This document shows, piece by piece, positions 1 through 12,578 of a DNA stretch of 26,651 nucleotides (position 1 is its first letter; every line of letters begins with the position of its first letter). Source of the stretch: Acanthaster planci (lineage: Eukaryota); the NCBI RefSeq assembly GCF_001949145.1, contig NW_019091359.1, forward strand, positions 186,001 through 212,651, read 5' to 3'. Under the pieces are notes generated by a model that was given only the letters and a program-made list of their open reading frames with translations, had not been told where the DNA came from and ran no database searches. Made by a program: the position numbers and the translations under genes.

Positions 1-1564
1 GAAAAGTACTATCCATTTTGATATGAAAAGTGGAAATTTGTCATTTTCAACCTTCCCCCCCGGAAAAAAGGCATTTAGTTTAACTCACGTCAAACCCATG
101 ATGATTCACACATACCAGCTTCAAATGCTCAAGCATACATGCACAAGTGTTTTCAGAAGGAAATTAAACGTTGCCAACGAGAGGGCAACATGCTTGGCTC
201 CCTTTACTGTGTTTGTGTCGTACAAGCAAAACTCCAATTGGCAAACAGTACATGTACACAACGCACACTGGCCAAATTCATGTCCATCAGTGACAGGATA
301 ACAGAGGCTGCATACATTAGGAGTTCCTGTAAATGGACATATACCTTTCCCTGGAGCGGTAGATATAGGTGTAGAAACAACATACCTACATGTAACTCGT
401 TTATTTCAACTCATCACCGAGTTGTATACAGACTTGGCATGGGGAAACCAAGGAGAGGTCCCATCAATGTCAAAATGCACAATGTATTTAAAATCTGGTC
501 ACTCAGAAGTTGCTCTGGTGACCTCCATCTCATCTTGTTAGCTTAAGGTGCTTAAAACAAAAAAGCCACCCCCAAAAAAAGGGAAGACGGCAAATTTCTA
601 CAGAAATACCTTTTACTGCTTTCACATAACAAATTTACTTGCCGAATGTTAGCATCCAAATAGTCTAGATGCATTCATATATCCCCTTCGCATTATAATC
701 AAACCATCTAAAATGTACTCCTCAGCTATGCACAAGATTGTATCATGTGCATATATGAACAGTGCCTCCATGAAGTAATGTAATTACTGATAAGCATGAG
801 GGCTCTGCCTGGAACACTGTTCATCATTAAATAATGGCCCGACCTTGGGGACTGCACGCGATGTGGACATGTAGACATGCATACACATAATGTGACCGGC
901 TCTGCAACATGGTGTATTTTGTCACTTTTTAAAATTTGACTTATATATTTAATAAAATTGCTCACATCCCAAGCTTTCATTTGATATATAATTTATTCCA
1001 GTGGCATTTTGCATTTTGGAGTTATTTGCCATTTGCATATTCATATAATTTCATTTTATCACATGTGCTTTTTGAGATAGTGCCCTTTAATCATAACAAA
1101 CAGAAATATCAAACTTAAATATGACACTCTCTTGGTTTTCCTCCGCAAGAGAGGCTTTCTGGTCAAACAATCGGCCTCAAAATATTTCCAAATACTGGTA
1201 TTTTCACCCTCGTCGTATGGAATGGGCCATTATGCGTTTTTATATTGCACGACTTGATACACCTTTCTGCAGAGTGGGTCACATATCATAGTGTCATGAC
1301 ATGGACTTGGACATGTACATGTACACGTAAACCAACTCAGCATCTAAAGAAATTTAGCAATCCAAATAGTTGTGCACCTTCTACGTGTCGAAAGATGTTA
1401 CAAATAATAAAGATACAAAAATAATGCAGTACACACTTCATGTGAAATCTGGAAAGCTATGCATTGGGAACAGAAACAATATAACAACATGCATTAAAGA
1501 CTTAGCTGAGGCACTCTGAAAAAAAAAAGGCTTCTGTGCAGACATCCACGATGCAGTTATTTAC

Positions 1565-1704
1565 CTGATGTCCTGTGGCATCAGATATAAACAAGTCACC
1601 TCACTCCTGTGCTTGCCCGCCGAGACATTTCTGTTCGCCGAATCCAATATTCCCGACAAGTTCCTGTTTTCTGGGAGGAAATCACCACGGGGATGCGAGG
1701 CCAT
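1565..1704 (-). CDS. LIMK: Probable alternative first coding exon of LIMK (MASHPRGDFLPENRNLSGILDSANRNVSAGKHRSEVTCLYLMPQDI + 2 nt)
   Basis: ACC ATG G Kozak context with in-frame upstream TGA, 46 open codons, and a CAG|GTAAAT donor in phase 2, the same phase as the exon-2 donor. The other two frames are closed. Lies in a relatively GC/CpG-rich stretch inside the long intron. Confidence 0.55.
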
Positions 1705-1938
1705 GGTACACACGCTTGAAGGAATCTTTGGGGGGATAGGGGCTCAAATCAGAGGGAGAAACCCAACGGTGGCTCCACGGTGATGACGACGGGCGAGATA
1801 AGACATGCCAAAGTTATATCACCAGGCCGAAGCCAATGTTGCCTGTCTTCCCCCGCAAGAGAAGGGCAAGGGATGAGGAATGTTAACAGCCCATGCTGAA
1901 GACATCTGAGACTTCTGCCTGGTAGATTAGTGACGTGG

Positions 1939-1968
1939 CCCGGCTGCCTTTGCCCCGGCTGCCTTTGC
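1939..1968. repeat. 15-bp tandem duplication CCCGGCTGCCTTTGC x2
   Basis: Exact duplication. Confidence 0.9.
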
Positions 1969-3045
1969 AGCATCTCGCCAGTGTTATCAATAACAGCGAG
2001 TCCACCGGGGACTCTGGACTTGCACATGACGTACTATCTCTTTGACTTAAAGCACCGAGGCAGAATGCAGCCGTGATTATGAAAACATGTGTACCCAACC
2101 TTTTGCCTGTGGCCGTCCTGCTTCCATTTTATCGATCACATAAATTGTGTACGTAAAGACTTGTGAGAAAAAAATCAAAGGGAAAACTGCATTATCTGTG
2201 ATTTTTCCAAGAAGTGGGCTTGGCAATGCCTTGTATACTTCTGTCTCTGGTTTTCACAACTGGACTTGATACCATTTTTTTTCTTCGTCTTTTTCACCAT
2301 AAAAGGTTTCTGAGTTCTTTGCTAAGGAAGCTGCAGGGAACTTTCTCCAACTTTTTCCATTAAGAATTTTTTTTTCCAAACCCCCCAAAAGAGGAAACAA
2401 ATTGTTTAGTACTGTTTCTGTATGTTCTTTAATTTAGAAAATACATTGAAATGGAGCAAAATGGCTGTTGGCGGTAGGCAAACCTCGGGAAACAGGCTTC
2501 CAGTTGCATGCACTATCCAATGGCTCGACAAAAATTGATTTTGAAATGCTGTATAGATACATTACCGGTACTTGTGTGCAAGTGTAATTTCAATACAGGG
2601 GTGAAATTGACATAATTGTCTACTGCCCTCTATTGTAATTCTCATTACATTTATGCAATAACAAGTTCAGCTGTGTCCTCCCCGTCATGGCAGATTAAAC
2701 TGAAATGTTAATTTCACTCCCACGTTTTCTGTGAACTACTGCATTACAATAAGAAGCTTTGAATTCACCACTTGCAGATAATTTGGGGCAAAAATTATGA
2801 TTTTTGTGAAAAAGGTAAGATGTGGTACTTGAGCTAAAAATTAGAATCAAGTCAAACACCACATACTCCTAATGTCACATGGCATTGGCACTCCCCCCTC
2901 TCCATTTCAAATTTCCATGGCTGGGCAAGTTATCCCCCCTCCAGAATCCCCACCTCCCCCCCCACTTCCTGGCCCAAATTGACACCACTGAACGGCAACG
3001 ACTGTATAGTGACAAGACGACCTAACAAAACATTATGCCTGTTAA

Positions 3046-3186
3046 CCCTCCTTCTGTTTTAACCGTCAAAAACAGTCAAAAATGCCTTCCAATTGATTTC
3101 CCCCAGTACACGGACACGTATGGGAAATGTGACTGATTTTGACTGATATGACAACTGTGTCAAGAATGCATCTTAGCATAGGAGGG
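3046..3186. mobile_element. Degenerate piggyBac-like MITE
   Basis: TTAA|CCCTCCT ... AGGAGGG|TTTTAA with inverted subterminal CAGTCAAAA / TTTTGACTG. Confidence 0.5.
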
Positions 3187-3904
3187 TTTTAATAAACAAA
3201 TAAGCAGTTTACACAGCAGGATGCAATACAGGTTGGTCACAGGCTGTCCAGCACAAAATGCGTGAAGAGACTAATAAATTAACACTGGCCACTCTTTCAG
3301 AGGTGAAGGTGACTGTATACATGAGCACAGAGAGGCATATTTCAAGACCTGAAGTACACCAGAAGCTGTTTTAATATGCCCTTTAACATCACGTACAACA
3401 CACACTTCACACAGGATATTGGCGCCGCAAAGAGCCTTGACACCTTAACTACACAGGTATGTTTACACCATGGGCATGAACTGAACTGCGGCTGAGAAGC
3501 CCTATCCAGCTAGAGGCATAATGGGAGTCAAGGCCGGCGCGAAGTCCAGCATGCTTATTTATTCTAATGATGGACTTGACCTCTACTGAGCCAGCTTCTG
3601 CAGGAAATTGATGGCTTAGTTACTGAGCTGCTGTGACAACTGTTGTTTCCAGAATACATCATGACCATTAACGATGGGTGGAGAAATATTCACACATAAT
3701 AACGGTATTCCATGATGAGGCCGTTTCACACGAACTGCTGGAAACACACACACGTCTGCAATGTTCGGCGCCGAGTGTTCTGATGTCAATTTTAAACTTA
3801 TGGACAAGCTGAGCTGTTCATTTGCCCTGCTTGTCTGCTAGCGTTTCCATATTGAATAATCAGGACAGTTTTCGGCCAAAATTGGCCTGGACTTGTGAGC
3901 GTCC

Positions 3905-4194
3905 AAAAGCGAGTCTGATCCGAGCCAATTTGGTTCATCAGACCGGTGTTTATCTCCGGTTTCCTTGGCATGAAACGACTGAGAATATTTCTATTCCCCC
4001 CTGGATGGGATGCCAGTCCATTATGGGTTGTTTCCACAGCTAATGCTGGTACCCATTTATACCCCTGGGTGGAGAGAGGCAAGCAGGGGTGAAGAGGCTT
4101 GCCAAGGGCCACAACATACTGTCACCTGCTGGATTTGAACCTCCAACCCTATGATTGGAAGCCACAAACCCTAACCACTTGGCCACATGCCCCC
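3905..4194 (-). mobile_element. tRNA-derived SINE with CORE-like central domain
   Basis: Minus strand: A box TGGCCAAGTGG (4185-4175), B box GGTTCAAATCC (4141-4131), then GCCCTTGGCAAG...CTCTCCACCCAGGGGTATAAATGGGTACC and a GAAACCGGAGATAAA..CCGG.CTGATGA tail typical of marine invertebrate SINEs. Confidence 0.88.
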
Positions 4195-5155
4195 AAACAT
4201 GCTTCCAAACAACTCAGTAATCGGCCCTCCAAATTAGAATGTCCAGAAAGTCTCCAACTGCAGCTGTCCACACCATGAATGCAAAATCAAATATTAGCAT
4301 TTTGCCATCTGAACAGTGACTGTGCATTTGCAACCATAGCCTAGCATTGATAGTAAACGATGGATGGGCCCACACAAAGGTTGCCAACCCTCAGTGCCAA
4401 CCCATTGAGTGTGGGACTCACGCTCACATGCTCACACTAAACCAAGAATTCTCATACTCAAAAATAGTGACAACTCAAACAATGAAAAAAGTCATTCGCT
4501 CAGCACTTCTACGTTCTGTCCATAGCAATGAAAACCAGCCTCCAAGCACTTTATTTGGTGAGGAATTAAAATTTAATCCCCTGATATTCCAGGGGCCATG
4601 CCTTACACTCTACATGTTTTGTCCATGGAGCAGGGCCAGGTGAAGTGCTCCTCAGGCCAGAGGCACCAGTGTTCCCTTGGCCCTGCTAAGTCATACAACT
4701 CTTAAGAAGTGTGGATAAACTTCTGGGGCCCTCGGCGGGTCCTGAAGCCCCACCCCCACCCCCAAATTAGGGGCTGGGACTCACTGCCGCCTACTTTCAT
4801 CCATCTGCCTGCTGCTCTGAACCATTTTGAAACCCCTGGTTGGCCTTGGACATCAATTCCTACATGTTCAATTTGGTCCTACATGAACATGTACATGTAG
4901 GACATACACATACACTGTACAGCTGTGTCTGCATTTGATTTCAAGCACTACAGAGCATCCGCCATAGTCACACTCGACTCTCAAACACCCTCAGCAGCCC
5001 TGCCATGGAGATATTGACACTCAAATAAATGGTTAACTTCCGTTTGTTTTTGATTAAGGTACCAAGTTCTTCAACCAACTGTCAAGAACCTTTCCAGAGG
5101 ACCCATCAACAATCAAGGATTGCATGTGGATTGATCACAGCCTTGTTACTGACGC

Positions 5156-5195
5156 CCCCGCTCCCTTCTATCTCCCCGCTCCCTTCTATCTCCCC
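5156..5195. repeat. 18-bp tandem duplication CCCCGCTCCCTTCTATCT x2
   Basis: Exact duplication just before the GC-rich hairpins. Confidence 0.85.
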
Positions 5196-6360
5196 CCTCC
5201 CAGGCCCCCGGGGTGTCACGCCTCATTGGGCACAGTCCTGAAATCCAGGATGCCAACCCCCGGGGGAGATGGATTAGTCAGCCGCCCTGGCGAGGATACG
5301 GGTTCAAAGGATAAACCCCTCAGAACGTCACCAAGATTGGAGTGGTTGGCTCGAACAGCGCCCTCGTAGGGCAGCAGATATCCTAGACAATTCATGCTTC
5401 CTCTTGGGAGTGACCTGTGATTATCAAAATAGCACTAACAAAATCATCCTTGTAGTAACCAGGTAACTGGTTCAGAGTACACATTCTCTATGACAGATTT
5501 TCTCTACATGTATTTGAACTTACAACAGGTACTGCGGTTCATGCACAAATACAGGGAGGGTACCGCACACTGGATAATCTTGAAGGTCCAAAACATGTAA
5601 ATTACCTGTAAAACACCACTTTAAGAGTCTGTGCAATGCAATTACTTTACTGCAGGCTTTGGAAATACACCTTTGTATTTAAATTAAATATGTTTTCAAT
5701 GATTATTGTACCGTCACTTGTAAAGTACAGCTTGGACAATTTTAAATGTTTTTTTTTTTAAATGCACATTTCAATACCCTATCCTCCAAAGGATGCCAAA
5801 AAGTGATCACATACTAAGGAAGAGTATAAAATGTTCAAAGAGTGTGTCTGAGAAAAATTCATCACATGGACTCTTACATTGTTTTTTTTACCCATTTTGC
5901 ACACACAGATGGAGAGAAAATACAATCTTCCCCAGGTGGTGAATTGGTAACTTCCAATGCAAGAAACTTTAGGTAACGCATCCGCATTGTGAACAATATA
6001 AATACTGCATGTGCTGAACACTGAAATATGTATAGATTAGAAAATAATTCCCACAATTCCATCAGCTACTAAGGTGACTCTGTTTTGTTATGTTAAATAG
6101 TTGAACAAATATAATTTTTTTCTGGATGAAATGAAACTAGAAAAGAAACGACATAAACACAGCACCCATACTTTAATACGGGTACTGGCTTTTGCTCGCC
6201 ACGTTTGGCTGAATGTGTGTGCATATATTTAAAATTTGTTTTATCTGAATGTATATTTTTAAACATCAGATTTGTAGAACAATAACAAGGATGTTACGGA
6301 AGTCACAAGAAGAAATCCTTGGCCTTATAAGCCAGGGTAATAAAGTACGGGAATAAATAT

Positions 6361-6404
6361 GTGCTTGGCCAATCTCAAATGTGCATTTAAGACTGGCCAA
6401 GCAC
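6361..6404. repeat. Near-perfect 44-bp palindrome
   Basis: GTGCTTGGCCAATCTCAAATG tg CATTTAAGACTGGCCAAGCAC; arms match 19/21. Confidence 0.85.
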
Positions 6405-6627
6405 TTTAAGCAATTAAGAACAGATGCAACTCATGCTTAGGCCGCAGGCATACATGTACATGTAGGCATTATCAATATCAGCGGTTATTCTCCTGAGCCA
6501 GTGACCACGCACAAATTTACTCGCATTCATAAATACCGTTTTAGTCAGAGAGTCAAAGGAAGTCAGCGTACGATAAATTTCCATTTTGTCCCAAAACTTT
6601 TAGTGTCATTTTCCCAAACACCGCCGT

Positions 6628-6744
6628 CCATTTATGGTATATTCCTTGTGCAAGTTGTCAAGAGGAATTTCCTTATATGGACTTGGCACTCGCATGGTGA
6701 GGCTGCATGCCACAGCGTACACAGACTCTTGAAAAATAGGAATG
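6628..6744. promoter_or_regulatory. Candidate SRF/TEAD enhancer: two CArG boxes plus an MCAT
   Basis: CCATTTATGG (6628-37) and CCTTATATGG (6671-80) are both perfect CC(A/T)6GG. AGGAATG (=CATTCCT) lies at 6738-44. Confidence 0.45.
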
Positions 6745-9700
6745 GATTAACCCGTCTCATATCCAGGTGCTACCAAGTTTTTACGCAGCAGGCATTATCA
6801 GATCGCAGCAAGCATTATCAAAAATTAATACACAGTCACATTGTGCATTGCTGAATAGGGAGACTGGAGACTGTCTGAAGAATTTATGAATACTGGTTAA
6901 CTAAATGTCATCAATCATTGGGCACGCAACTTTTAGCTGATTTTAACATGATTAGTTTCATACGTGAAATCAAGTGTATGTACGTCTAACAAAACAGGAA
7001 GTCCAAACCTGTCGTATTTAAAACAGGATACTCAATGACATGTGAAATACTATCCAAAAAAAATATGCTAAGTATAAACTGTGGGAAATGGGAATTTTAC
7101 AGTTTTTTTATAGAAGTCTAATTAACTCTCTTTCCATAGTTTCGCATTTGAAGTCCCTGCAGGTAAATTCCAAACTTGATTTTGAAACTTGGAACTCAAG
7201 ACTGACAATGACAGAAGTGTTGACGATATTCTGTGTTTATTTTATAAGCTGAAGGTCCAGGTTGGAGTTTGATTTGTGCACAAAGCTTCTTTCACATTCA
7301 AGCAAGGGTTATAAAAAAGGGTTTGATTCAAGTTTTATGAATTCTCAAACACGTCGTAGACAGCAATACATTTTTATTGCTGTGCTGGTCTAAAAATACA
7401 CAACTGTTGTACAGCTTTAACTTGTAAACAACATGCATATCAAACCAACAAAACAACAGACCTGATCTTTCACAGAGTGGATTTTGCCAAATGCCTAGAG
7501 AGATGTGTGTGTAACCAAGCGATGCTTGAAATACTGAAGAGTTACTTCATCCTCATTTCACTTTCACCCCGCAGGGAGAAAAAGGCTAAATTTAGCGCAG
7601 TCTGCTGACGACACAACCCGAGATTGATATTCCCCGCAACCCTTGATTATCAACGTAGCAACTTGGGCTCGTCTGGCCCTGGGGGGTGAGATCTATGGTC
7701 AGTGCCATCTACTGTAAGCATTTGTGTGGGGTGGGGGGGGCTGGGGATGCAGCATGGCTAGGTTAATTTGCACGGGTCCAAAAAATGTGGGTCCTAGAGA
7801 ATGAAGGGTAATTTTTCTCGGGGAACTGCAAGGCTGTAAAATCAACATACGAGGCACTAGTTTTTGCTGAATTACACAGAGAGTGCTTGGGTTTGTCCTT
7901 GTGAATATTTGCTGAAAGTAATTATTATAACCTCGCCATTCTTATTGGCTGTATTGCTCGAAAAACAGTTCTGTCTCACAAAGAAGAACACCATGCTACG
8001 GAATATTCACAGGTGTAGCCTGAAAGCTTATATCTGTCACAAACAAGATTTAAAGGATGAAAAACTTCCAGTGTCAGAAATATTTCAAAGGCTTGAGAAA
8101 CACAGAAAACGGAGATTTCAACAGCAGATCTGTCATTTTACATGCACTTTTGTGTCTCACTACTTCCAGAAACCAGACACTGGTAAATCTTCAATTGCAC
8201 TGACCACCACTCAGAAGCAACCCCCTCAAATTAGTTCCTCTGATCTGAACTCATACAATTCGGTTCACGAGGTGCTAAACCTCCAATATACCGGTATGTC
8301 AACATACATGTATGCATAAACTGACCATGTTGACTGCTTCGATTGGTTTAGTAACATTAGCCTCTCAGGGTGATCCAAGGAGCTTTCTATTTCATCGTAT
8401 GACCATTCGTTTAGTGACAAAGGGAAAGTCCCATTTCATCTGTCACCTGGGTCATTCTATAAATTTGGAGTCCAAAGCGTGACATTTTTCTGTCCCTGTT
8501 ACCTCTGACATGTATGCTATCTGACAAGTTTGACAAGGGATGTATCACCGAAATTGATTTCAAACTATTGTTATTTGTTTGGCAGGTAATTTGCAGTACT
8601 TATTCAATCTTGGAATGAAACAATGAGTTCTAAATGTTAAAAAATCATAAGCCAGACGTAACAGGGACACGAAAAAAGCTGGACTCCAAACATTCCTCAC
8701 TGTACAAACCCACATACTGTAAGCAAATTGTAGCCTTGAGCAGGTGCTGCACACTTTGCCTTTCGTACTTTTATGCACATTTTCAAAATATCGATTCTTT
8801 AATACGTAGCTGCCAGTGGTTTGAGGGCTGCCAGTGATCTACATGTACTGTATATCATATTTGCTTGAAGCATCTGGCCAAAGTTCTGTTTGAAAATGTG
8901 TTCAAATTATCCCATGTTATTCTTTTCAAGGTACAGACTCGGGTTTGAATTGCCCACTGCAAGTACATGTGAAAAATCTTAGTCCAATTACAAACTTAGG
9001 CTACGACAACAGAGTAAGAAAATATTGATTGGGGGATACTTTTAAAGCACATTACCGGTAATTATTTTTGAATGGATCATTTTTTTTAATCATTCTAGGT
9101 TAACACAAATGATCTGCTTTCCTCGTTCTCATTTTCACTTGGAACCATTTCTGCCATCTTGATTTTACAACTGCTTTTGCTTGTATTGAAAATATCCATG
9201 CATTGCAATATCCACTCTGCTCCCCTTCGGCTACACTCTGTTGTTTTTTTCTAAGTCAAAAAGGGGTAATATTGTTTCCTTGAGGAACCTTATTAGAAAT
9301 CTAGTGATACACAAAGTACGAAGGACACAGGGAGCCCCAGAAATCAGCAAACAATTCCTACCCATACCTTACCCCCCCAAAAATCAATCCAGCATCTTTT
9401 GGATTTGATTGGACAGTCATTCCTCATGAAACCAGTTATCTTTATTTGCCACGGTGGGTCTTTCTAACACTCAAGTTTCAGTTCCGTTTTGGCATTGTAA
9501 AGTACAGTGAACTGTTCCAATTGATCAACCACCATCATCATCCTCAATGTCCTGTTTATTAAGTGAGATCAATAAAAACTGACACTCCCAAGCTAATTAT
9601 GGATGATGAATGACCCAATGCCAATTCATTTTTTTTCTCCACACAATAAACAAGAGGGAGTTAACTCTAGTGACTCAACAAATCCCTGTCAGACTAATCT

Positions 9701-12578
9701 GATCAACAGAAACAAGGCCAATGAAGTCACTGACAGTAGTGGCTGGTAATCAATTAATGCTACAAGGGTGGCAAAACCAAGCACATAATAGCCTTCTGGA
9801 GGGTTGTAATCTGATCACTGGGCTTGAGTCAATATTGTGTCATGGCATGGATTACAGGTCCATGGATACATGCGATAGTGCTGCAGGTTGTAAGAATATC
9901 TCCAGGGAGAGTTAGGTTTAGCTACTTAAGGAAATGACAGAAGATGGAAAAATCAAAATAGAACCCAGCTCTAAAAGGGTCGAGGTTTTGCTGGCTTGCT
10001 TGTTTGTTTTTTTAATCATTGTAGAGGGCAAAAGAAAAAGTAGATCAATAAGCCTTTTGCAAATTCAATTTGAATAAAATCTGGTACACTGAGTTATCTC
10101 ATTGCACATAAACATAACAATTTGAAATCCCCAGACTAAAGACACTATTGCTACCGGTACCTCGTGATTCGGGACAAGCTTTCACATAGTGACCACCATT
10201 TCTGGAATGGACTGGTTCCTTTGTGTCCTTCTTATCCACTGAAAACAGCATATTGGTGCAAGGCTGTAATTTTAGCAAAAATGCAAAAGCCTGTCCCGAA
10301 TCACAAGGTTCACAGTGTCTTTAGTATGGATAAATCAAATTGTTATGTTCACGTGAATTCAAAGAAGTCAGTGTGTCAGATTTTACTCAAATTTAACTTG
10401 CAAAGGGTTTAGTGTGTCCCATTAAGGATCTGCTTGTTAGTGGAGTTTATATTTCAATTTGGTGTACATAAAGACACATATATCATACATGTACATGAAA
10501 TGTTTCAATCTAATCTGTGGCTATGTACATTTGTACACATGCATGTTGCAGCACTGTCTTGATGCTGATTCACACTATAGTCTGTGCAGATCATGTTTTG
10601 TGATGCGTAGACGTTGGAAAAAGTTAAAACTTTTGACCGTCTAGTTAGGACACTATCTAAATCACCTCCTTGACTCAAAATGCATGTAGATTAAATCTGG
10701 ACATTTCACAAGAAACAGTACATTTCACATAAGTTTTCAAAAAAAAAAGGCATGTATCAAATTTTCATAAGACTGGTGTCAGAACATGTCAGAACATAAA
10801 ATGTCAGTGCTCGGGGTGCTTCGGCAAAGCTTAGGGTGACAAAAACCAAGAACAGAGCGTTGTGGTAATACTGGAGAAACGGAACAGCAGGGCAGATCCA
10901 GGGGCGTAAATAACATTGTATTTCATATTGACATATCGACTGTGCACATGTATTTAGTGAAGTGTTTCCAGGTCGATTATGCATGCTTTAAAGTTCACTG
11001 GCACCCATAACTCAAATCACCCAGTGACAACTTGGATAATAAATGAGTTTTTTAAAGGTACGAGATTACGTTAATTCACACAAATATAACAAATTTGGGG
11101 AGAAAATGCTGCCACAGAAAAGTCACATGATCATCCAGTAGATTCATGTACATGTACATGTATGATCAAGGTGCACTTTTTATAAAAGACCGAAGCTAAA
11201 TTCTCCGGTTATAAGTCTGGTATTTTATAAACTTGATGCGGTGGGTTTCAAGATAACATTGATCACCAAAAACTGTAACAAAGGGATGGAAAAGGAAGAG
11301 AAGGACTCAGGAAAAGCCGAGGCCTGGAGTTTTGTCCGGTGGTTTAAGACAGGACATGCAATGTACTTTGATCCACTGAGTCAACACCAATGCAGAACTT
11401 GCCCCAGATGTGGATCATAAAAAGACTTTTCAGGATGACTCAGGGGAGAAAAAATAAATATTTGTAAAGAACTAAGTCAACACAGTTGTGTGAAACCATG
11501 CAGCCTTGTCTGGGAATACTTGACCTCTGCATGGTGATTGGGAATTTCAATTTCAATGGGTTCATGATGGGTAAACTAAACCTCATACCAAAAATACCAC
11601 GGCAATGTGACACTGGGTGTGAAGACTGCATGTTACACATGTTCATGGTGTTCACCAACATCACACTCCTCAATATAGCAAAGGACATTTAGTTTCAGTC
11701 TGAGCACAGTCAGAAGCCAGCCGTATCTCTCCTCCCCATACACCCAGTGTCATATATACATGTACATTTGCAAGTCAGGCATAGTAAGTCATGGTAGGCG
11801 TAATGCCACAGAACTGCCACGCTATCCTTTCCATTCAGGAACAGGAGATGGCACATTTTGTACCAGTTTTGGAACAACGTCCGTTAAATGGGAAAACCCA
11901 AAATGTCCGCACAGGGGTTCAAGCTTATTGTGCTCGGGAAGTGCTACCGTAGCTGAGAAGGAACGACCAATTTCTACTGCAATGATACAAGGTTGTCACG
12001 TGTGTCCACCTGTCATAAAAAAAAACAGTGATATTGTTGCACACTGTTAGCCATCCCCGTACAACCTACATGTATGAACCTGGAAAATATGTTTAACAAG
12101 ATTGTGCACATAAATGTACATGTACTTCGTCATTCTGATCAATGTAAATCCCTGTTGAAACCTTAAATTTGGTTTGCATGAATGTGAACCATAAAAGTAT
12201 CAATTGAGAAAAACAGGATGAAGGAACAGTTAATGTAACCCTGTACATGTACGCATGTACAGTGTTATAATGTACGATATATGTACATGCACATTATATA
12301 CATGCGTAATTTAAGAATAAATTCTTCACTGTGCTAAAACAGCCAAAATTACGATCAGTTAATGTGGCACATATGAAAGTTACATTTACATGTACATTAT
12401 GTACTTTATTTCCATTGAATTTTTGAAGAAATCTTTCAATGTAACATTTGTACCTGTGCTTGTAACATTGGATTGTGTGTAACAGGGCTGAAACTATAAA
12501 CTAGATTCAAGAAATCTCTTTGCAAACTGTGTAATGCAATAACCTTACTGGCACAGATAAAAAAACCAATGAGCTTAC

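Noticed and set aside
23..1560. ORFs at the left edge as LIMK exon 3 or another gene
   Set aside because: I found no segment encoding the second half of LIM1 and no homology. Treated as intron.
1883..2127. Signal-peptide-like ORF reachable by a -1 frameshift from the ATG at 2127
   Set aside because: No canonical slippery heptamer, no ATG start in that frame, and no recognisable homology.
3915..3965. GAAAC..GTC and CTGATGA on the minus strand resembling a hammerhead ribozyme
   Set aside because: GTC overlaps CTGATGA, so there is no stem I. It is the ordinary SINE tail.
4120..4194. tRNA-like A/B boxes
   Set aside because: They are the SINE head, not a tRNA gene.
7575..7685. Plus-strand exon-like segment with a good acceptor and GTGAGA donor
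   Set aside because: Stops in all three frames and no partner exons. At most a non-coding antisense exon.
11440..11692. Overlapping ORFs on both strands
   Set aside because: No recognisable domain or convincing splice sites.
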